From a virus (taxonomy: Duplodnaviria; Caudoviricetes), in the IMG/VR virus record IMGVR_UViG_3300010155_000029, positions 1 through 36,549 of that record: DNA of 36,549 nucleotides; one strand, given 5' to 3'. A model generated the notes under the pieces. It searched no databases. It was given only the letters and a program-made list of their open reading frames with translations, and was not told the origin of the DNA. The position numbers were made by a program, and so were the translations under genes. This document shows positions 28,479-36,549 of the stretch, one piece after another; within the stretch, counting starts at the first letter, position 1, and each line of letters starts with the position of its first letter.

Positions 28479-29630
28479 ATGGCAAATTCAGCATTAATAA
28501 GTGGGGCATACGATACGAGTAAATATCATGGTGCCGAGAAAGACGAGGTAACTAAGGAGCTTGGTGAGAACTTAAACGATTTCATAACGTCATCGAGTGA
28601 TGAGGAGGGTAAGAGTAGAAAGAAGGAAGAGGAAAAGGAGAAAGAAAAAGGTAGGTGGGATAATCCAGACGTTGATGCTGGAGCTTCAAGAGTAGTCGAC
28701 ACCGGAGGCGCATTCTCAAACGAAGATTACAATATCGCTAGTGAATTACAAGCGGCTCGTAGTTTGGAGTTCGCTACTGCACCTAAGTTGAAGCAAGCAT
28801 CCATAATGGCTGATTTAAATAAAGATGCTGGATTAATAGCTGGTTATAAAGAAAATAAAATAAGGCTAGCAGGTAATCTACAAAACAAGAGCGTAATAGG
28901 TGGTGTTACTACACCTGGTGGTTTTGGTTTAGCCTTAGAGTCAGACCCGAAAGCTAAAGCTTTTATGGGTAGGATGGTTACTGATCCTACTACCTTAACA
29001 ACTAGAGATAGATTGAACGGTGAGGGAAAAGAGTTGGGAGTTAGAGGTCCTGATGATGAATTTATGTCCTACGAGGAGTTCGAGTCTTACGTAGCTTCTT
29101 TTGAAGTTGATGATACTAGCTTCAACGCAATATCTGATCTAACTAATTCAGCTAGAGACATGGCTTCAAAAGCAGACCCTGAAGATGTTTTTGACGATAT
29201 GGCAAAAGACACTGTTCGTCAAAGTATCGATTCAATAATTAGGAACGGTAATATAAAGTCTCTAGTTAACGATCCTGCTTTTGGTGGGACTTCATTTATT
29301 GAAGATCTTAAGAATTCAGACATGATGAACAATATAAGGTACTCGGATTTAGGGATAAAACCTAAAGGTAATGATGATTTTATTAGTGAAGATGATGGTT
29401 TATCTGAAGAGGATAAAGAAACTATCGTTAGTAAACTAGTTGATGATCCTGATAGCGAAGACGTATTAATGGATACTCTTAAAGATTACTTTGTTAAACA
29501 TGTAGAGAGGAACTATGTTGCAGAACACAATAAAGTGATACGTAAGTTTGGTAAAGATAATTTCGATAAGACGAGGGAGGAGTTCAATTCAAGAATAAAC
29601 ACACAAGAAATCAATACAGATTACCTATAG
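28479..29630 (+). CDS. putative internal virion / ejection protein
   Basis: 383-aa acidic helical protein between the pilot-like and giant genes. Confidence 0.55.
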   Translation: MANSALISGAYDTSKYHGAEKDEVTKELGENLNDFITSSSDEEGKSRKKEEEKEKEKGRWDNPDVDAGASRVVDTGGAFSNEDYNIASELQAARSLEFATAPKLKQASIMADLNKDAGLIAGYKENKIRLAGNLQNKSVIGGVTTPGGFGLALESDPKAKAFMGRMVTDPTTLTTRDRLNGEGKELGVRGPDDEFMSYEEFESYVASFEVDDTSFNAISDLTNSARDMASKADPEDVFDDMAKDTVRQSIDSIIRNGNIKSLVNDPAFGGTSFIEDLKNSDMMNNIRYSDLGIKPKGNDDFISEDDGLSEEDKETIVSKLVDDPDSEDVLMDTLKDYFVKHVERNYVAEHNKVIRKFGKDNFDKTREEFNSRINTQEINTDYL

Positions 29631-29632
29631 TA

Positions 29633-29642
29633 TGTAATCTTA
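29633..29642 (+). promoter_or_regulatory. putative late-promoter motif, copy 5
   Basis: TGTAATCTTA in the 50-nt gap before the giant ORF. Confidence 0.4.
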
Positions 29643-29680
29643 TATTAAACTACTTATTAACGGGTAACTGACGAAACAGT

Positions 29681-32600
29681 ATGGCACATATAAAGAATTA
29701 TATAGTGGATGGTAAACCTTATAAAGTTTCCACAGATAAAGAGCAAGCATTTCTAAGAGATATGGCTGCTAAAGGTAAAACCCCTATTCTTCAGAATGTA
29801 GAAGAAGATAGTGATAAAAAATCTACTCGAGGACAAGTTCGAGATAGAGATACTCAAAAGGGAAAAGAAAAGGGCGATGCAATGAAGGATGCACTTGCAA
29901 CGTCGAAAACTCCAGCATCAGTACAAGAGACGGGTCTGTCTCAAGACAATACGGATTTAAAATTGGAAAGTGGTTCTTCGGAGTCACAACTAGTTAAGGA
30001 GAGATCCCCAAGGACTGGTGTAAGAAAGAACAAAGATGGTTCACACTCGACTCATTTAATGAGGAGAGAAAAGGTGGAGGGTAAGTGGGTTGTATTCCCT
30101 AGTTTATTCCAAGAAGAAGATGGTAGTTGGAAAGATATGTCCAAAGAGGATGGATGGTACAATATACATAAAGAGGCTAAGAAGCGTGGGGAAATTTATG
30201 AGTTTGAAAACGAAGAAGAAGCTATAAACTTTGCTGATAAAGGTTCTTGGAAAGAAGGATTCTTTAAAAAATATTCTTCTCCAGAGGTACGAGGTATAAC
30301 ATTTGATAGTCCAATAGATTTAAAAGACTTCACTTCAGTTGTAGATAAGGACGAGGATGAAGTTATAAAAGCTTTCCAAGACTCGAATGCATACCCTGGA
30401 TTGAATGTTGAAAAACGTGGAGTGCTCGGTGGGGTAGGTAACGCTGTTGATTTTACTTTACCTGACGGTAGTATAGTTAGTGTCGACTTAAAAGCTTGGT
30501 CAGATGAGGGTAAGCTTGAAGCTAAAGCTCAATTAGAAAAGGTTAATAGTTTCTATCAGGATAAGAAGAATGAAGATCTAATAGGTATAGGGATCTTCGA
30601 CGCTCTAGGTAGAAGACAATCAGACCCTAGGCTTTTTAATAATAATGATTTAGAGTCTATAAACTTATCTTTAGTCAATGCTGGTTACGAAATAAAACAG
30701 TTAAGACTAAACACCATGAAAGAGCAGTATGAGCTTGTAAAAGATGGGAATGTAGTTTCCACTGGTTTAGCTGAGGATATGCAATCATACTTGTGGAGTA
30801 ATATGAACGATGATGACATCGAGAATATAAGTAATTTTAATAACGAGAAAACCACTGCCTTAATAAAAGAAAAAAATAGTGAAGTACAAAAGCGTAAAGA
30901 TCAGTTACTAGATGCAGACAACGCTCTTAAGATAGAAGCTGAAATGTTCGGTAATGGTGAGATGGTTAAGAGTATAGAGTATAACTTAAAAAATAACATT
31001 AGTGATGCTGGGTTAAGTAGTGTTATAACTTACTTGAACAAACCTATAACAGAACTTAAACGCCATAGATCACGAAGTAGAGATAATGAAACTGAGGTTG
31101 AGGGTTGGCAAAGAGAGAGATATGATAACTTACTTAAAGCAGTCGAAAGTGGGGAGGTAAAACTAAGTGAACAAGATTTATCAGTTCTAAAAGAAGCTTA
31201 TGAGACTAACTCTATGTACCAGGAGAAAGACATTATTCAATATGCTTCAGATCAAGCGAATGATTATGGTAGTAAATGGTTAGAGCAGAAATTTAAAGAT
31301 AGCCCATACTACACTGGTATAAGAGCTAACTTAGATGACTTGACTAATAAGTATACATTAGAAGAGAAAATGGAAGCTGTTAAGGATCACCAAAAGTTCC
31401 TTAAGGATGATTACAATAAGTTTGAAGAGACCCAATCTAAAACCATGGAAAACACGTTTAATGCTATGAAAAAAGCAAACGTTGGTTGGGAGTTCTTTGG
31501 AGAAGGAGAAGATATGTATGTTGTCGTTGATTCTGATGACGAAGGCTTAAGGGAAGAATACCAAACGAAAGTAAACTCTATACTAGAGACTAACAAAGTT
31601 AAATGGGGTGAGTATAAGAAAGCCTTTAATAAAGATCACTCTGAAGCGGTCGCATTCTATAATAAAAACGAAGAAGATTCTAAAATCGCTAATACTATTA
31701 ACAAGGAGTTTAATACTATGGCTATATTAGGCGAAGACATTGGAAATGGTTTTCAAAATCTATTCGTTGCTATACCAGCTGCATTCGGTCATCAAAGTTC
31801 GATGCAAAGACTCAAGGATATTGAGAGAGGTGGAGAGGCTCTTGAAACTATGTTAACATATGAGGAAGCAATTGAACTAGGAGCAAAAGGTCAATTCACT
31901 CTTAGAACAGGGGCTCAACAATCTGCTAATATAATTACCGCAGTAGCAAGTACCGCTATTGGTATCCCACCTGTGGCACTAGCAGGAGTGTTTGGTTTGA
32001 GTTCAGCAGGTGGTAAAAGGATGGAACTAAGCACTTTAGTAGATCAAAAAGAAATCGCATTAAGTTTGTTGGGGGATTTAGAGAACAATAAAGGTTTTAT
32101 GAGTGATTACGATTACTCTAGAAGGAAGGCTTCTTTGGAGAAGACAGTTGCGGCTGGTACTATGACTAAGGCTCAACTTGAAGGTTCCGTGATTGCCACT
32201 GGTATTATAGAAGGTGGTATAACAGCAATTGGTATGGGTACTATACCTAATGCTAAGAAGGTGGTTGCAGCTCTCTCTGGTAGTGTTAAAACTGGAATAG
32301 GTACATTAATAACTCGTAGTAACTTACGAGCTGCTGGTAGTTTCTTGCATGAAACTGGTAAGCAAATAGGTGGTGAACTACTCGAGGAAGAGGCTATATT
32401 CTTCTCTGATCAAATAGTCAATGGTTTGATTATGCAGAAAGATATGGATTTCTCTGGATGGGATGATGTAGCTGTTAGTACAATCATTACTACTGGTGGG
32501 ATGAATGGTTCCACTTCTCTATATTCCACTGTTACACAGCAGATGGCTACGTCTGAAATGAGACAAGAGGTTAAGAATATATTATCTGAGGTTTCTGCTT

Positions 32601-35600
32601 TAGAAACTAGTTTGTCTAAGTTAAAACCAGGTAAAGCTGATGACAAATATAGAGCTCAACTTCATCAACAGTTTAGAGATAAGATGGGTGATTTGAGTAT
32701 AGTCCAAGCCGGTTTAGAGGTTGATGCTTTAGTTGCTGGATCTGACAACATAATAGACTTAATAGAGAACTCTGTAAATCTATCTGAACTACATGCTAAA
32801 GCTGATATAAAACCTGGTGATAGTGATGAAACAATAAAAAATAAAATTAAAGGTTATACAGGTAGTAAAGATGTAGATGGTGAGGATTTTAAGAGTAGAT
32901 TAAATGCTGCTCACAAAGCTATAGACAAAGTACGTAATAGCACTAACGCTAAACTACAAGGAGATCCCTTAAGTTTAATTGAATCTACTTTTGGTAAGAG
33001 AGGTTTAAAACAGTACGAAAGATTATCTGGTAAAGAAGGATTTGCAGATCTATCCGCTAGAGATCAGTTGATTACAGTGAATGATGCTATTAAAAAGAAT
33101 TTTAGAAACTCTGTAGTAAGAGAGGCTAGGAATAACCCTATAGTAAAGAACTTCGTAGAGAGTGAGGTTTATGGCGGTAAAACATTTGAAGAGTCTGGTA
33201 GAAAAAATAGAAACAAGAAAAAGGAAGACGAGTGGTATGAGCAAGTAGGTTTTAATTATAATTCACAAAAAGCTAAAGCTAGAACACTATATGATGGTAG
33301 TAGAGAGTCTTTAAAAGCTTTAGAGGCTAGTGGTGATGTAAAGGATCTAAACCTAATAGAAGCTAAAACACTTGAGGAGTTTAAAGATTTTCTAGATACA
33401 AGAGATGATCTTAGCCCTAAACAGAAGAAAGAATTCTTAGATGATTTTAAAGATGAGAACGTAAAGGGATTTATAATTGGTAGCGATTACATAGTACAAA
33501 ATGCGAAAGGTGTACAAGAAAACTTAAATAAGGGAGATATATTACAAGGTACAGTTATATCTCATGAGATTGGTCATGCATTGGATGATGTGACAATGAA
33601 GAAAGGTGAGATGGCTAATTATTCTGAGAACTTATCTAAACATGTATTATCAGATAAAGTATTAGCGCCACTACACGAGTTAGCTATAGAGAGATTGTCT
33701 AGCATTAAAATGTGGGATAATAGTAAGGATTTTGATAAACAAAGTCCGGTAGCTAAAGAAGAATACGTTAGGGCTATCCAAGATTTGATTACTGCAGATA
33801 TGAGTAAGTATATGCCTGCGGCTAGAAAAGCTGGATCATCTGGTATGAATATCGTTAGAGGGATTGTACCAAGTTTTATCGCAGATACTAAATTCCGAGG
33901 TAAAAATATAGTAAGCACTGACTTTAAGTTTAACACACCTAAAGATGCTATGAGTTATCTAGCTGACTTTATAGATTCGTTTAGCGAAGGTAAGTTATCT
34001 AGCAAGATACAGAGAAAGAAGAAAGCTTTTGAGAAAGCTGGTGAGAAGACTGAGGTTCCTAAGAAAAGGTATAGTAAGGAAGACCGTAAGTCTGACGTGG
34101 ATGAGTTGAGTCGTATGGGCTGGACAAATAAAACTTGGAAAGATAGTGGAGCAAACTTCGCTTTAGCAGAGATGCAAAGCAATAAAATGCTCGATGGTCT
34201 TATAGCTGCTAAAATGAAAGGTGGTTTAAGAGATGGTGATAATGAGACAAAGAAAGATTTTATATCTAAAGTTTACGCGGAATTAACTACACACGTTAAG
34301 AATTTCAACCCTGAAAGTAACGATAGCTTATTTGGTTGGGTCAATTCACAGATCGCAAACAAAGCTGGTAACGTATACAATAGGGAGTATAAAGATAAAA
34401 CTCTAGAAAGAGCTATTGACGTAGATGCCACGACTTCTGAAGGAGCTCCTCTCGTGCAAATTGAAGCGGATATGTCGCTAGAGATGGCTGCGATTGATAG
34501 AATAGGTTTAACTGACATAGAGGTTGAAGAGAGATCACGATTACGACGTGATATTAGATTAGATGACAAAATGATTCAGACCGTTAAGGATGCTATCATT
34601 AAAACGTTCGGTACTAAATTACCGAATGTTAACTCTAAAGATTTTAGAAAAGCCTTAGAGAAAGCGTTTAGAACAGAACTTAAAAAACCTTTACAGGATT
34701 TAATGGGTACAAGGTCTGAATTCGATTTATTTCTACGTAACCATTCTAAAGCTATTATTAAAGCTTTACCAGTTGAAACTTTAGTTCAGATGGAGCGTAA
34801 CTTAAAACCTGGGCAAAGAATATTCACGGAGTCTAGACGTATAACAAAACCTACAGAGGTTGATAAATTGATTAGTGAAGGTAAGTTGCCTAAAGATACT
34901 AATAGAACTTCTGGTCCACAGTTACATACTAAAACCTCGTTCCCAGGTGTTGATAAGGTAATGGCTTACTTTAGAGGTAAAGACATGGAGAATGTGTTGG
35001 GTTATAAAGTTGGAGCCTCTACGTTAGGTACTAGAAAAGATAAGCTCTCTATGGAGCTAGGTGTCGAACTTGCTTTTGATGCTACATCTGAAGTGCTTCA
35101 GGATCCAACAGTTGCTGAGAAGAGAAAGATGATACTCGAACTACAAGGTGTTGAGCAACTAAGCAATGAACTAGCAGTTATAGCAAAGCAAATAGATAGA
35201 GACCCAAATGTTAGATTTAGTAGAGTAGGTTCTAAGTTAACATTAGGTATCAGCAATAAAAACAAACCTGCATTTATAAATAAGTTCGGTGAAGTGTTAG
35301 AGTCTATGCCTAACATAATTGATAAAAAAGCTGTTTATAGTCTATTAAGAGAAACGTATTCTAATGAATTCACTAACGCTGAACTAAAGAAAGCTGCTGA
35401 GAACATATCTAAGTACGCTGGGAAAGTTGAAGTAATAAGAGGTAAAGTCGAGAATGTGGGAGATTTATATATAAACTCTGATAAATTCTTGAAAAGCTTT
35501 ATATTACAAAGTGTAGAGAAAGATGTTATAGAGAAATCTTTAATACAGTTACTCAGTAATGTACTACCTCCTGACTTCAAGAATGCAACCGTCCTTGGTA

Positions 35601-36549
35601 ACGACTTAAGTAGAATCGTTAGAAACAGAGAAAGATTTATTTCGTTTATAAGATACGCTAGAGAGGAGTTAGGTTGGTCTGATAAAAAAATATTACGATT
35701 AGTATATACTCAGTATAAAGGTATGTTAGCTGGTGCAGCTAAAATATCTGATGGTAGATTTATTAAAAACCAAGATGGAGATTTAGTATTAGACCCAAAA
35801 TGGGAGGACTCTAAAGAAGGTGCTTTTGATGGAAACAAATGGAAGAGATATACTGAGAAAGATAAGAAGGATGGTAAAATACCTAAAGGTAAAAAGGTTG
35901 GAAGTGTAAAGGTTAATAAGATCGGAACACCTCAAACTCAAGATTTCAGAGGTCAAATATTCACAGGTACTCAAGACTTAATTAATGAGGTCTCTAGAAT
36001 TAAAGGGTTTGAAGACATAAAAGATAAGGGTTGGAATCAGATAGCTAAAGAGGAAGGTTTCGATACTAAAACGTTTGCGGAAACTTCAGCGGCTGGTATC
36101 AAGGATAAGAACTATAAAGGTAGATTGAAGCAAGCTAAAGAAGCTAGAGAGTCTGTTACAGAGCTAATGACTTACTATGTTAATAGTGCTAAAGAAGGTA
36201 TTATAGATTATGGTGACGTAGTAATGCTAGGTAAGATGTTAGGTTCTGGTATGACTAGCCCTATGAAGAGAGCAGCGAATCTAGCTTATATTGGTGTTGG
36301 TGTAGAGAATATACCGACAAAACAATTAGGTAGCAAAACAGAGTATGAGCACATGGTACCTACTAACGTTAAAATGTTAGAAATGGTGAATGCTCTCATT
36401 AATGATGGGAAATTGTCAGATGATTTTTGGGATGATTACGAGGTAGCTATAATCCCTAAGACTATGGATAAGAGTCTTATTAGGAATGGTCTTAGAGATT
36501 TCAAATCTCCAACTCAGAAGTCTACTGACAAAAACTGGAGAAGGTACTA
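29681..36549 (+). CDS. giant multidomain (polyvalent) ejection-type protein, 3' truncated (>2289 aa)
   Basis: ATG at 29681 (MAHIKNYIVDGKPYKV...). The frame was open in every segment I translated, and the lack of a stop explains its absence from the track. G/A hydrophobic segment ~31930-32530, HEIGH 33563-33577, sigma2-like 34256-34378, EHMVP 36347-36361. Confidence 0.88.
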   Translation, partial: MAHIKNYIVDGKPYKVSTDKEQAFLRDMAAKGKTPILQNVEEDSDKKSTRGQVRDRDTQKGKEKGDAMKDALATSKTPASVQETGLSQDNTDLKLESGSSESQLVKERSPRTGVRKNKDGSHSTHLMRREKVEGKWVVFPSLFQEEDGSWKDMSKEDGWYNIHKEAKKRGEIYEFENEEEAINFADKGSWKEGFFKKYSSPEVRGITFDSPIDLKDFTSVVDKDEDEVIKAFQDSNAYPGLNVEKRGVLGGVGNAVDFTLPDGSIVSVDLKAWSDEGKLEAKAQLEKVNSFYQDKKNEDLIGIGIFDALGRRQSDPRLFNNNDLESINLSLVNAGYEIKQLRLNTMKEQYELVKDGNVVSTGLAEDMQSYLWSNMNDDDIENISNFNNEKTTALIKEKNSEVQKRKDQLLDADNALKIEAEMFGNGEMVKSIEYNLKNNISDAGLSSVITYLNKPITELKRHRSRSRDNETEVEGWQRERYDNLLKAVESGEVKLSEQDLSVLKEAYETNSMYQEKDIIQYASDQANDYGSKWLEQKFKDSPYYTGIRANLDDLTNKYTLEEKMEAVKDHQKFLKDDYNKFEETQSKTMENTFNAMKKANVGWEFFGEGEDMYVVVDSDDEGLREEYQTKVNSILETNKVKWGEYKKAFNKDHSEAVAFYNKNEEDSKIANTINKEFNTMAILGEDIGNGFQNLFVAIPAAFGHQSSMQRLKDIERGGEALETMLTYEEAIELGAKGQFTLRTGAQQSANIITAVASTAIGIPPVALAGVFGLSSAGGKRMELSTLVDQKEIALSLLGDLENNKGFMSDYDYSRRKASLEKTVAAGTMTKAQLEGSVIATGIIEGGITAIGMGTIPNAKKVVAALSGSVKTGIGTLITRSNLRAAGSFLHETGKQIGGELLEEEAIFFSDQIVNGLIMQKDMDFSGWDDVAVSTIITTGGMNGSTSLYSTVTQQMATSEMRQEVKNILSEVSALETSLSKLKPGKADDKYRAQLHQQFRDKMGDLSIVQAGLEVDALVAGSDNIIDLIENSVNLSELHAKADIKPGDSDETIKNKIKGYTGSKDVDGEDFKSRLNAAHKAIDKVRNSTNAKLQGDPLSLIESTFGKRGLKQYERLSGKEGFADLSARDQLITVNDAIKKNFRNSVVREARNNPIVKNFVESEVYGGKTFEESGRKNRNKKKEDEWYEQVGFNYNSQKAKARTLYDGSRESLKALEASGDVKDLNLIEAKTLEEFKDFLDTRDDLSPKQKKEFLDDFKDENVKGFIIGSDYIVQNAKGVQENLNKGDILQGTVISHEIGHALDDVTMKKGEMANYSENLSKHVLSDKVLAPLHELAIERLSSIKMWDNSKDFDKQSPVAKEEYVRAIQDLITADMSKYMPAARKAGSSGMNIVRGIVPSFIADTKFRGKNIVSTDFKFNTPKDAMSYLADFIDSFSEGKLSSKIQRKKKAFEKAGEKTEVPKKRYSKEDRKSDVDELSRMGWTNKTWKDSGANFALAEMQSNKMLDGLIAAKMKGGLRDGDNETKKDFISKVYAELTTHVKNFNPESNDSLFGWVNSQIANKAGNVYNREYKDKTLERAIDVDATTSEGAPLVQIEADMSLEMAAIDRIGLTDIEVEERSRLRRDIRLDDKMIQTVKDAIIKTFGTKLPNVNSKDFRKALEKAFRTELKKPLQDLMGTRSEFDLFLRNHSKAIIKALPVETLVQMERNLKPGQRIFTESRRITKPTEVDKLISEGKLPKDTNRTSGPQLHTKTSFPGVDKVMAYFRGKDMENVLGYKVGASTLGTRKDKLSMELGVELAFDATSEVLQDPTVAEKRKMILELQGVEQLSNELAVIAKQIDRDPNVRFSRVGSKLTLGISNKNKPAFINKFGEVLESMPNIIDKKAVYSLLRETYSNEFTNAELKKAAENISKYAGKVEVIRGKVENVGDLYINSDKFLKSFILQSVEKDVIEKSLIQLLSNVLPPDFKNATVLGNDLSRIVRNRERFISFIRYAREELGWSDKKILRLVYTQYKGMLAGAAKISDGRFIKNQDGDLVLDPKWEDSKEGAFDGNKWKRYTEKDKKDGKIPKGKKVGSVKVNKIGTPQTQDFRGQIFTGTQDLINEVSRIKGFEDIKDKGWNQIAKEEGFDTKTFAETSAAGIKDKNYKGRLKQAKEARESVTELMTYYVNSAKEGIIDYGDVVMLGKMLGSGMTSPMKRAANLAYIGVGVENIPTKQLGSKTEYEHMVPTNVKMLEMVNALINDGKLSDDFWDDYEVAIIPKTMDKSLIRNGLRDFKSPTQKSTDKNWRRY

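Noticed and set aside
1113-35974. Short minus-strand and alternative-frame ORFs in the track (e.g. 2286, 7543, 10130, 12061, 23946, 31411-35974)
   Set aside because: They are shadows of long plus-strand genes; those past 29681 lie opposite the giant ORF
29631-36549. Apparent 7-kb non-coding or stop-codon-recoded region
   Set aside because: It is one open frame with no stop inside the window, and TAG, TGA and TAA all end genes normally elsewhere, so there is no sign of recoding
29681-36549. Virion RNA polymerase of crAss or N4 type
   Set aside because: No DxDxD catalytic motif in a polymerase-like context in the segments I translated; it cannot be excluded beyond the window
1-36549. CRISPR array, integrase/IS element, or diversity-generating retroelement
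   Set aside because: No regularly spaced repeats, recombinase, transposase or reverse-transcriptase motifs, or TR/VR pair noticed by eye

Overview
AT-rich dsDNA tailed-phage segment, most consistent with a podovirus-like phage of a Bacteroidota (Flavobacteriia-type) host. This host call is inferred from the absence of Shine-Dalgarno sites, AT-rich leaders and a TAnnTTTG element. Bases 1-445 hold the start of a minus-strand, probably early, arm that includes a tRNA-like fold. A divergent control region (446-782) contains a G-tract cluster and an inverted repeat. The rest is one plus-strand morphogenesis arm: small ORFs, GroEL, GroES, holin, a tandem GroES-like protein, TerS/TerL, portal, scaffold, major capsid, a terminator-bounded LamG/CBM accessory cassette, tail ring and nozzle proteins, a cupin, two putative ejection proteins, and a giant ORF (29681 to past the window end, >2289 aa) that the ORF track misses. 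Read by eye, the giant protein has a membrane-like segment, an HEIGH zincin, a sigma-70 region-2-like module bounded by R[YF]S linkers, and an EHxxP HNH-like module. It is a candidate injected, self-processing polyprotein. All assignments come from motif recognition and synteny; no searches were run.
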